Source of the DNA: Antedon mediterranea
Lineage: Eukaryota > Animalia > Echinodermata
Assembly (NCBI RefSeq): GCF_964355755.1
Contig: NC_092672.1
Span: 12,152,001 to 12,216,000, forward strand
DNA length: 64,000 nucleotides
Direction of reading: 5' to 3'
Shown here in pieces: positions 13,387-25,600 of the stretch. Each line of letters begins with the position of its first letter. The first letter of the stretch is position 1. The notes under the pieces were generated by a model. That model was not told the DNA's origin, ran no database searches, and saw only the letters and a list, made by a program, of their open reading frames with translations. The translations under genes were made by a program, and so were the position numbers.

Positions 13387-14455
13387 AGCCTCCCTAAAAT
13401 AAACGCCACCATTCCCTCCAATAGAATACGCTCCCCACATGCATTTACACAATAATTGTATCACAACACATTACATTAACTACCATAATCTACAATTTAC
13501 CAAGCATTTTTTTCACTTTTTGATATTAATTGTGCTGTATTTTTTTTTACAACGTATGCAACAACTAGTTCTCTAGTCTAACGGTATTTTTGCCCTGTTA
13601 GATTAACAAAAACAGGGCAACGGTTTCCAACGTATCAATAATACAATGTATAATAGATATAAATAGTATATCAATAGATCAACTTAGCCTCGGCTAGCTT
13701 CTCAAGTTTAGATAAGGTTGGTATTTCTCCCTCGTTTGTGACGTATTGCAACGCTCTCAAACTTTGTGACTTGTCTTCGTGACAGTACGAAAAGAATTGA
13801 TGACGATAACACGTGGGAGTGGTCCCACGAGAGGGCGCTAGAGCGGACTGTACCATTCTTAATGAGGTGAATTCGGGTAGAATTCTTCTTTTCGTAATTG
13901 TTTCGCACTTCGTGGAAAAGGGCTATTGTGGGGTTTATCCAGGTAAGCAGGCACGTAATAGACTGTGCTGTATTTTTTTTTTACATCTAGGTGGTATTTA
14001 TTTGATTATACATATTACCATATTATACCCAAATAAAGATGCCTCCCCTCCCCCTAAAAACCCGTTTTAACAATAAATGCCCGGGGCGTTTAATCGGATA
14101 CACATGGAAAGTTACTTCTAGCATTCTGAAAAGAACTGTTGAACTTGACGTTTCTATCAAAATGTTCTTGGGGACAGCAATAACTAGTACTTGAAATTGA
14201 AACAATTTAAAGTATCAGTTATTGCATAACATTACTGTCTAAGGATAAGTTATGTAGAGATATGTTTTTTGTTTGAAACATTAATAGTAATAGTATTTCT
14301 GTTCATCTTTTAACCACATTTTCTATTACAATGAATGTAAATATGTATATTTCGAACAATTTGATACCAAATTTAAGTTTCTACGACCAGTACTTACAGA
14401 GATATGAAGATGCCATGATATGTGGGTCAAAGGTCAGAAATGGCATTTCTGATAA

Positions 14456-15210
14456 TTTTTAGTCGCGTGGACGCGACTCTATAGTTCACTATGTCGGTCG
14501 GTCTGTCGGTCTGTCTGTCGGTCCGGTATCACTATGCGTTTTATTGCTTTTCTGTACTTTTTGAACTGTTTTGATGTCAACATGTGGGCATTTACGTGAA
14601 ATTGTGCACCTCCTATTGTGAATGACGTTAGAGTTGCGCAACGTGATTTACGCGCGATTTAACGATTTTCTCGTATTTAAGATAGGTCAAAAACCAAATA
14701 ACATTTTAAATTGAAACTTTGCAAAAGTTTAATTTATATCAGGCGCTAACTTTCTGTTGAAAAAAAATGTGTTTTACACAAAGTTACGCGCGCACGCACA
14801 TTTAAAATTTTAAAATGCGCAAAATTAATTTTTAATAAACTTTCTACGCGTTTCTTGTCATTTTGAACATGTCAAAAATTCCCATACGCGCGCAAATTTT
14901 TACGCGCGAGGTGCGCACGTAGCGTTAAATACATACTTTTTTCGCGTGATTTATGTTTTTGCAGCCTTTTATAATAATTTTACCAACTTTTAAACAATTT
15001 TGACTTAAAATTACGTCATACGAGCACGTCGAATTGGATAATTTGCGCACGTTTTTGATGAAAAAGTTAAAAAAATTGTTAAAATTATGCCTTTTTAGTC
15101 GCGTGGACGCGATAGTTCACTATGTCGGTCGGTATGTCTGTCGGTCTGTCTGTCGGGTATCACTATGCATTGTAGCACGCGACTTAATGGCTGTTGAGGT
15201 GGCCTTGTTT
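14456..15210 (+). mobile_element. Long HINE/DINE-1-like element
   Basis: Same termini as 1245-1358, microsatellite block present twice; absent from the left inverted arm. Confidence 0.75.
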
Positions 15211-16662
15211 ACTAAAATGTCCCATTAGATTGAATATGAAAGCATGCCTTCTGAACATTTTGAGACTAAAATTGACTTGCTGCGACGAGTGGTTGCCGAG
15301 ATACAAGTATCTATATATATTTTTTCGTGTAACCCTTGACCTTGACCCTTTGACCTTTTGTAACATTTTTTAAAATGTGCAACAAATAACAACATGTTTA
15401 TTTCAAACAATTTAAGACCAAATTCAAGTGTCTAGGATCAGTAGTTACGGAGATACATACATTCCCTGGGGTGTAGGTCAAAGGTCAGAAATGGCATTTC
15501 CGGTAATTTTTTACTAAAATGTCCCATTAGACTTAATATAAATGTATACCTTCTGATCAATTTGAGACCAAAATTGCTGTGACCAGTGGTTGTCGAGATT
15601 TAAGGACCTATTGGTGTTTAGTTTGATAACCTTTCACCCTGACCTTTTGACCTTTCGCCACATTTTCAAAATGTGTAACCAAGCCAATAATGATTTTTTG
15701 ACCATCCTAATCCAATTTCTGAAGTCAAATTCTCTGGACCTCAAAGTGCATACGAAAGTTGATCTTTCAACAGCTTCCAGAAAACATTTAATCATGAGTA
15801 TTACTTTTATTCTGAGAACTTATAACTTATGAAATTTACTGTAACGTTATTCTAATTTTTTAACGTGAGGACGTTATCAAAATTAAAATAGGCCTAGTTG
15901 TAACTCATGCGAAAGATAATTGATTACCGGTAACCTAGACAATATAATAATATCCGTTTTCGTTATCGTATTCGTAAGATTGCGAAACCTCTCTATTAAA
16001 TACTGGGTGAAATGGAATACGAATAAGTGAGATGCATTCTATTAAATGCGATGAGCTATGACGAAAGAGACAAAAATCCATTTTTTTTTCATTCGAGTGG
16101 CCCTATGATGACGTCAGACAACATTAATTCATATCTACAACTCATTGTGGGTCAACTGTCTATCTGAAGCGCTATAATAGATTTAAAGTTGAGATAATCC
16201 AGTTTCAACATTCTAATGTGAATGAATACAATGAATAATAACATTTATTTTATTTCGTCCATAAACATTTTGTACTAAAAATATTGGATTCAGACCAAGA
16301 ACCTGGATCATCTTCATTATTTTTGGCCACAGTTAAATTTTCAAACAGGTTGTCTGAATGCCTTTTTAGGAAACCAGTCAGAAATACACATGCTCTTTTT
16401 CTTTTTTCCTCCGTATTGTGCAGTGGATTCGAATACTTTTTTCTGGTGTGGCGTCTGTATTAACCCAAGTGATGCTCATATGACAAACAAAATATCAGCG
16501 AATTAGAAAGCTGTATTTTACAGTATTGAGGGAGTATTTGGGGAAATACGTAATAAAAAAATAAATATACATACAAAAAAGTTAATTTTCTACAATTTAT
16601 TTGACAAATTTGCGCATAGCAAGATACGATACCTACCCACCCCTACAGCATAGCATTACCAA

Positions 16663-19600
16663 TAAAATACATTTAACAATTCAATATTCAATAACAATAT
16701 TCAGCAATTTTAAGCTATGGATACGAAACTGCATTACAGAATATTTAGATTATTTTTTTATAAAAAAATAATAAATATTTGGAAGTTTAATTTCGTAAGT
16801 AAGTAATTGTGTTTGTGTTACTGCATAAAAAAAGAGATTGTCATTCCCAGAGTGACAATTCCATTTGACTACATATCAACATCGTGCCTGTTTCTTTCAC
16901 TCCGTGTGGACGATAGGTATCTAGCTTACAACATAGATACTGTAGAGTTATTTTTAATTTCGAAAACATTTCAAAACATTTAGGGCAGCCTAAGAATTGG
17001 GCGTTGATGTAGGCCTAATGTAACCCAGTTTTTAATATGTTGCTAATCTATAGTAGATATGTTATGTTAACTGTTTATTGTAATTCATCATTACATTAAT
17101 TGTCAAAACAGTAATTATAATAATTATAAATCATAAATTTAAAATTGTAGGTAACTAAATTAATTATAACCAACCGTACCAATTGCTATTTTTAATGGAC
17201 TACATTATTTACAATCAATGTTATGTATTTTTAAAAACAATTTAATAATTATAATTTAACTCTAAACTATAACGAACATCCTGTGGGGTAATTTAAAGGT
17301 CATCTACTGTAAAATTGAATATATTGTGATTTATTTATAATTATAAAATTGTTTATAAAATATATTGATTTAGTGTTTTGAGAAATGTTTTCGTTTAACG
17401 GATCTGCTTACGAAAGGTAAGATACGAAAGCATTTCAAATTACACGGTCCGCTAGGGGACAGTTTAGGCTCACCAATCTATAAGAAACTGTAATTTTTAT
17501 TTTACTGTCCATTATCTGTTTGATAAGTTTCACCAATTAGGCCTACTTGTAAGTAATACAATATTTTGCTCTCTTTTCAATTAGTAGTCCTATTAGACAT
17601 TACGTCCAAAACAGGTGGAAATTCATTTAATAATGTTCCAGTATATTTTATAAACAATTAAATTACGTTTATTCTTTCTTTCAAAAACGAATGTATTGAT
17701 GTGTTCGTCGTCTACGCATCCTGTCTTTCTCTGCTTACAAAGGAATGCAAAACAAAATCGCTAGCGTATTCCTAAATTAGGTCAGCATTATTTACAGGAC
17801 TTGTTATCGTACATTTACAATAGAGTGTGTATTCTTACAGTCATCTCTCATGATTATATGTTTACGGTAATACAGTATTTCAATAAAAAAAATACTTACA
17901 ATTCATCTTATAAGTAAATAGTATTATTCCTTATTTCAAATCCTTTATTTCTCCATAAGTTGCCGTGTATGTGTACGACTTGCACAATATCAATAACAAT
18001 GTTTGTGACTAGATTGGTACAGTGAATACCGAGAATTTTCGTTCGCTCAAAAACATAAAAGGAGACTGGAAATGGCATGCTAAGTAAACACCACAGGTAG
18101 TAGATCTGAATAACAATAATTCCATATTAGGGGTCGAATAACAATATTAAGTACCGAACTATATTGTATTCAATGTATTGTTGATATTAAAAAGAAGTTT
18201 ATTGAAGCAGAAAGAGGTAGGTCTACTATGAGACGAATAGCTAGAATTCCATTAAAACAGCCTTTGCTTTTTAATTCTTACTCAATTTCCTGATAGAAAG
18301 TACGTTATTATTAGCATTGGTAATAGAGTGCTTGGTTCATTTATTTTAATGGAGAAAATGATGCAAAGGTAACTTTTTAAAACAAGTTTGATAATATTAT
18401 GAGTAGGCCTGATTTAAGGAAATTTTAGAATAATCATAATGTTATTTCTACTTTAAAGTTGAGATAACTCAGTGTCATTAATCTAAGTTTATAAAATCAA
18501 ATTAATCCATGTTTTCAGTAAAAAGAACTTTGGGAATAAGAAAATTTGTATAGAGAAATATGTTTAAGAAAAATAATTTAATAAAAAATTTTAAAGTATT
18601 TAAAAATAAGAAATCAAGCATAAAGTACGACTTTAAGAGTATTTAAATGGTTAATAAAACACTTTACAAATGAATCAGTAATTAGTCATCTTGTTAACTA
18701 AGGTAACCTATATTTATCCAATCATGTACACATGTACCTCTCATTTAATTTACAATTAAAAGAGAAAAACAGTTTTACTAACATTTGTTCTTGATCTGAA
18801 GAACAAGTTAATAGCATAACAAAATGTGTCCGTGGCCTTTAAACTCTACTCTTTATTTATTTAAACTCTAACTGTTCTTTATGCCCTAAAAAACACTCAA
18901 TTACATATGGGTCGTAACTGCATTACACTAGTATTCGCACTTTATAGAAACAGATCACAGATCAGCAAACAGGTATTTTGTACCAATACAAAAGGCAGCA
19001 AAACAAAAATAGGTGAAATCTCAGTGAATCGAAACACACTATTACTGTGGGTTTACAATGGGCTTAACAAATGACTAAGCTTATTTTGTAAAGACCAAAC
19101 GTATACAGGAAAAGAAACACATGTGTCGGGCGTTAACGTACTATAATCGATTATCATACGTTTTATGTGTCAAGTGGTTAAAATAAGAAATTGACATTTA
19201 GTTTAGGTTCAAGTTTAATTTTAATTTTCAAGTAAAAAGCAATTGTTCTTCAAAGTGATTCTTCATTTGTGTGAAAAGCATACCATATATTTTAAATATA
19301 ATATAATAATAAATAGATATGTGTATATTTATTGAACATAATTTTCAGACACATTTTAGTTAGGCCTGCATTGTTTTAAAAATGCTAACGTTTAATGAAT
19401 AGTTAGCCATAAACCTAGTAGGTGTGAGTTATGGTAAAGTTAATCTGTACATTGTAGTCACGAGTCAGAGAAAAGATGTTAGATAGAAATGGTCCGTTAA
19501 ATGGTTAAAATTAATCTGCTCTACAATGTATACATGTAGGAATTTACTAGTATTCATATGTCTCATTTTTAAACGTGTGTTGCACTACAATTTCTTCTAG

Positions 19601-21084
19601 AACCAGTAGACACGGTACAGTGGAAGACAAAAACAATTATAAAACGTAAAAATAATGTTATGTTTTATGTAAAAAATAATGTAATGTTATTTTTTTTAAA
19701 TTACGGTCTGTTAACAATTTTGAATTTCATTTCAAATAAGATTCAATTACTCATAAATCTTGTACCATTGATGCATTAATGTACGTACTGTCAGTAAGGC
19801 TGAGCTGTAATTAATTTCAGTCGCCATTGTTAAACCTTCCCATCATCTTTCGTCTTTTATTTCAAGCACAAGATGGCGCACTACGACTAATTTGAGTCGT
19901 TATAATAAGTAGGCGTGGCTTACTTATCCCTCTACGTTCAAATATATTCTGAACGATTCAGCCCGCCAGAGGGCTCTATATAAACTTGATATACCATTAT
20001 GTACTTCATTCAAAATTGTTTTTTTGTCGCATAGCGTCTTTTTGTCAAATTTTTGAAATCTTTTGATATTCTTTAAACGGATATTATTGCATAATATTCA
20101 ATAAGCTAGAGACAGCTTCGGCGAAGAGGTTAAGCAAACAAAGTGAAAGTAGATAATACAGTATCATACATACACATACATTCTTACATTGTATTTATTA
20201 CTGTAAGTTCCATTTTAAATAGGATTTCAGAAATAATCGGTAAATGAAACATCTTACTATTATGTTATGTGATATAATAATATGTACACTTTAATAAATA
20301 ATACAAATAATTGATTAGAATGATAACTAAAAGAAAACAGTTTGTCTCAATTCGAATTATTAAATAATCAATAAGTGTGAAACCGAAACTGTTATAAGTT
20401 CAATCAGTTCATTGCTAAATAAGCAAAACCAATTTATATCGTTACCCATTCCATGTTTGAATCAATTATTGTGACCGCTATTGTTTGCATATAGTATATT
20501 GACGATTTTTAAATTATCAAATAATGACATCACGCGTTATGTGGCAGATTTATTTTCAAATCTAACATTATGCACATTGAATTTCTATAAGATAATTTTA
20601 GAACAGTAGATAATGTATGTTTTGTACTGGTGGTACTGAGCTATTATTGTTTTTTTTTTAATTTTCTTTTATCATGTATATAAATATATTGTATAATCCG
20701 GGTTGTAAAATGTAAACAAACAAATGAAAATGTGTGAACTATTTTAAAACGGGATAGATGATAATGATGATCCTTTCAAGTGTATAGCAAAATATAAGAA
20801 AATTAATGAAAAAAGGAATAATACAGAATTCATAATGTAACAATGTTACTTATGAACTGTAACGACATTTACAAGTTAAATAATACGATTGTTTGTAATA
20901 TGAAATAATATGAATGTGAATAAAAGTGGTGTTGGCGCCACAAAAGAGACAAAAAAAATGTATGTTTTGTCATTAAAAACAAACAATTTATTTTACACAA
21001 TAAGAAAGTGATGCACTGTTGTCTAAATCTTCATTAAAAAAAAAGAAATAATTTATAAATAAGCTAGCCTCAGTTGCTTGTTAA
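16663..21084 (+). repeat. Left copy of a ~4.4 kb direct segmental duplication
   Basis: Colinear with 54318-63911 throughout, apart from indels and the satellite. Confidence 0.9.
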
Positions 21085-21144
21085 TGTTCATGCTTCAGAC
21101 AATTAATAAATAGATATTATTATAAAGTGAAGTGTTTTAATTAA

Positions 21145-21300
21145 TAAGAAAATGAAAATGGTATCAGACTTCTTTTAATTAAGAAAATGAAATTGGTATC
21201 GGACTTCTTTTAACTAAGAAAATGATATAGTATCAGACTTATTTTAACTAAGAAGAAAATGAAAATGAAATGGTATCAGAGACCTCTTTTAATTAAGATT
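21145..21300. repeat. Short tandem repeat, ~30-bp unit x ~4
   Basis: aagaaaatga...ggtatcagacttcttttaa units. Confidence 0.7.
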
Positions 21301-21918
21301 TTTTATATACATTATTAGTTAGGCCAATACGCATTCTTAAAAATTGCTTTTCCGCTGACATACAGTATACGAATTGTAGATACCATACCGATACTACTCC
21401 GTATGTCTGTATCTCATTAAACTTGGCCACAATTGGATGAATACTAAGTTTAATATTAAAGGGAATAGTGTTTCTTAATAATGTCATCAAACTTGGCTAA
21501 AATTGAATGAATACCAAGTGCAATATTAAAGGGAATAGTGTTTCTTAATAATTTCCACATAAAAACAACAGTATTCATCTGAATCTCGCCTAACTTACCA
21601 CAATTATCAATGATCTATAGGTACTTTCAAATGGAAGGATAAAACTGCTATTAACTATGTAGTGCAATTATAGAGAAAAACCTTTTCTTTTAGTTGGATA
21701 TTTTTATGTAAGAAAATAATACTGTAGGCAGGAGTATACACTCTCGGAGTACCCTCTAGTTTGCTTTACAATCAGCCCCGAAATGTTAGTTGAAAGTTAT
21801 TGAATAATATTTCCTTGCCTTTTATAACTGATTTTTTTATTTGGCGAATTTAAATCAATTAATATAACATTTACTGGCTTCAAAGCTCTGTCTACATTAT
21901 TAAACTTTGAAACAAATT

Positions 21919-21985
21919 TGATGTACCCATATATGGACGTGATGTACCCATATATGGACGTGATGTACCCATATATGGACGTGAT
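21919..21985. repeat. 21-bp tandem repeat x3 in the presumed ROCO 3' UTR
   Basis: (tgatgtacccatatatggacg)3. Confidence 0.85.
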
Positions 21986-22101
21986 GATGTCTGGGCATAT
22001 CACACCTTTTTTTGCTCAAAATACTTTGAGCTTTATATTGTTTACCCAAACACTTGATTGATTTACCGACATTGAGTTTGGTAATATACTCGGCATCAAT
22101 T

Positions 22102-22631
22102 CTAAGCATTATATTCTAACTTTTCAGCAGGAACAGTCATGTTATTCTCCTTTAAAAATGCAATAAATGATTGCAAGTTATCCTCCCTTAGAATCCCCCT
22201 ATGTTCAAGATCTAATATCACAGTCCATTGGTTGTTACTTTGTTTTTTTAGAACACTTTTCAAACGGATGAGATCTCTTGTATTTTCTTTCGAAAGTGCG
22301 TCACCAAACTGAATTAGGTGTTGTCGATATGTTGAGAAGGATGTGATACACTGGTTGGTTTTATCGAATGTCTCCTTTAACAGTTTGTTGACCTCCAAAA
22401 CACCATTGGTACTAGTGACATTAATTGCGTCAATAAGAACTTTCACGTTGGTAGTGGTAACATTGCCAGATCGTTTCAATAAGTTGAAGAAATCTATGCA
22501 GTCAGCATTCTGTAGATCATTGTAAGGTGTTATCAGATCTTTGCATAACACCTTCAGTTTATCAAGAGAGCCATGTTCATCATACCAGCTCGATACGTTT
22601 ACCACGATTTTTTCAAACTCTTCAGATGATT
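22102..22631 (-). CDS. ROCO terminal exon, tandem death effector domain-like
   Basis: tgcag acceptor, phase 1. Two helical units: F..IV.....LDKLKVLC..LI...FFNLLKRSG...NVKVL and YRQHLIQFGDALSKEN...ILDLEHRGIL.EDNL, resembling DED signatures. Confidence 0.78.
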
Positions 22632-25600
22632 CTGCAGTAAGGCATTGTAGAAAGAAAAGAATATTGAATAACATTGTACTAGTATCATTATAAACAAATA
22701 CACTTTTGTTATAAACGAAGGTATAGTCAAAGAAACACACATTTTTACTTATTCCCGTCTTTTAAATAGCTTAGACAATATGTCAGTAGGCCAAGTGCGT
22801 TTACTATTAGGCCTACTGTATACGGTTTTTCTGTATTTATTTTGCGAACCTAAAGTGAATGACTCAATGAACCAATTGAATAAATCTGTGATTAGGATAC
22901 ATTTATCACAGTTTCTAAAGTGCTAACACATTTTCAAAATGTTTTCAAATATAAAAGTTTTAGTGAGCTTCCACCAGTAGGGATTACTGATACGGACTCT
23001 ATATGATAAAAATACATTTTCAGCGCAATATGTTCAACTTTAATTCTTTATGAAATGATATGCCACAAATCATGATGAGAATCCTACACAAGTGTTTGTG
23101 TGACGCAGATTTTTGGGGCAGGCTTCCATTGAACTACCCAAAAGTGGGAATCATTAAAGATAAAGATAACTTCACATCACATTTAAAGAGGGTAAATTAT
23201 ATGGTATTCAAACGTGAAAACAGGGCTGCAAATTAACTTTTTTACTTGGTAGCACTATCAAATTTGTATGATGGCTCATAATAATTTTTGGTAGCACCAC
23301 CAATTTTTTTAGTAGCACCTTTTCATCGACAACTAACCCCCCTTCCCTCAAACAAACCCCATCCGCGCAGATCCGTTTTTAGTTTAGTGGTGGGGGGGGG
23401 GGGGGGGGTGTATAAAAATGAAATACAGTACAACCTTAGGCTAGGGGTCAGGGGGGCCGCCAATGGCCCCGCTTTGGGGGGGGGGGGATTTTTGAGTAAT
23501 TATAGGTTGTTTCAATCGATTTCTGAGCACATAAAAATTCAGCACTGAAGAATTCAATTAATTTGGGTTATGCACGTTTAGGCACTGGTCCTGATGCGCC
23601 ACTTATATTCACGCAAGATCTATTCTTTTTACGGTACAGAAAGAAATTACTGCTTTGTATATACGCGTAATCTTTCGTAGCCTACGCGTAAATAGATCGT
23701 AGGTCATTGTTCGCTAAACATATCCTGTAATTTCCAAAGTATTGTTCGTTGCCATGCCTACGATGTATTGTTTATGATAATATCTACCCGTCGATCGTAT
23801 GGTGGTTCGTAGGGTTAGTAATTTGTAAACACCAATGTCATCGCCTTTAGGAGCATGAACAATGGAAACAAACATGTATTGTTGGCTAATTAAAATCCTA
23901 GACGTTAATTTTTGTAGCCGCCCTACACATCGGTTGTCCTAATTTGGCAGGACATCCGCCGACGAGACGACATCGGGCCCGAGGCCCTCAGCTCACGCAG
24001 AGAGAGTTTTCGGCGGCCTACCTACATGATTCAATCCTACCTTGGTTTAGCGAATTATAAAAACAACACCTTGGCTAGGACACCAACAAAATATATGCAA
24101 AATAAATATATATTCCATGTTAAGATTTAACATAGGCCTTTGTAAATTATTATTACGACAAAAGACCCGACCAGAATTTAACATAGGCCTTTGTAAATTA
24201 TTCTTACGACAAAAGACCCGACCAGAATTTGGAGGGGAAACACGTGCGAACCGTGGGAACAGTTTAGAGCTGTATTACGTTTCATGTGACGCAAAATTCA
24301 GGTACACTGTTTTGTAGCCATCATCACCCCCCCCCCCCCCCTCGTACCGAGTAAAAAAAAACATGCGAGAGGTTTGCGGTGGTAAAACAGAGTATCGCGT
24401 TTCATGACATGTGACCAAAAAACTAGGTCTGTATTAATTACGATCTTCTGTCGGCAGTCTTTTTGGGCAACCGATTGAACGTTCTGATACTATATTTAGA
24501 ATGAATTGTTTACGATCCTTTTGTTTGCATGTTTCTGGATTGACTGGACGTTCGCTATATTATTTTTATTAGTTGGCATAGTTCATTGTGTTGGATCGTG
24601 TCTCTACGTTTACATTGTGGGAAATTTATATTCGCCGTTGAGAGTAAAGAAAAACACACGAATGAAACATTTACGAATAAAAACTATTAGCCTATATTAT
24701 ATATTTCTTAGTAATGTACAAATTGGTCCTCCTCCGCCAGTCAAAAATAACACATTAAATAATAATTTTCACACCTTGTTACTTCACATCGTGGGGTTGT
24801 TTATTGAGGTTACTAATGAAGCCAAACAACGTAACCTACAAAGCCAACAACGTAGCCTGTTTTATCTACGAAGCTAATTCGTAGGAAAAGTTGCGGTATT
24901 CTGGATATATAATTTTCGATAATCAGAATCTGGAATAAAGTATTAAATCTACTGATAAACAATACTGCTGTTTAATCTATATAATGAATAGATATTATTA
25001 TATATATCATTAATTACATTATTTAGTAATCATGATATATAACCGTTAAACCTAAAAATACTGATGGCTGCGCGGCGACAATCCTTTGTATCTGCCGCGC
25101 CCGCCCTGGCTAACTTCTGTGTACGGCGGTACAATTGTTTTTATATTTTCTTCCTTCTTTAATAACGGAGGTGATTTTCCACGAGGTTTGTGTCGTCCGC
25201 GCGTCACACTGTGCTGTGTGTTTGGTGTCCTTTTGTGTGATTGGGTAAGGCAGCATGCAATAAATGGACGAATTTCCAATCACAACGAGTGTAAAATGTT
25301 TAGGGGCTTTGTACGCTTGAATGAACCTGACTCCTTTGCGGCGGCGGTGACTTGTGGAAACTCCTGAGCCTTCCGTAGTAGAGAGATTAAATTAAAACAC
25401 AGTGTTTGAAATAGGGAAAACACACCTGACTTCAATTTGAAACAACTCGCACAAGCAGACGATCTTGTCGCGCTATGCGCGACCTATTCTGTTTCTTTAG
25501 TCGCAAAGAGAAAAATTAGGTCGCAAATGCGACCAAATACCCCTTAATTTGCAGCCCTGGAAAATGGCCTTGTGGCAATACCATTATTACAAATATAAAG

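Noticed and set aside
13380-13400. Helitron end as the breakpoint of the inverted duplication
   Set aside because: The inverted arm continues on the other side of the Helitron (11455-11489 mirrors 8428-8463), so the element inserted into an existing arm.
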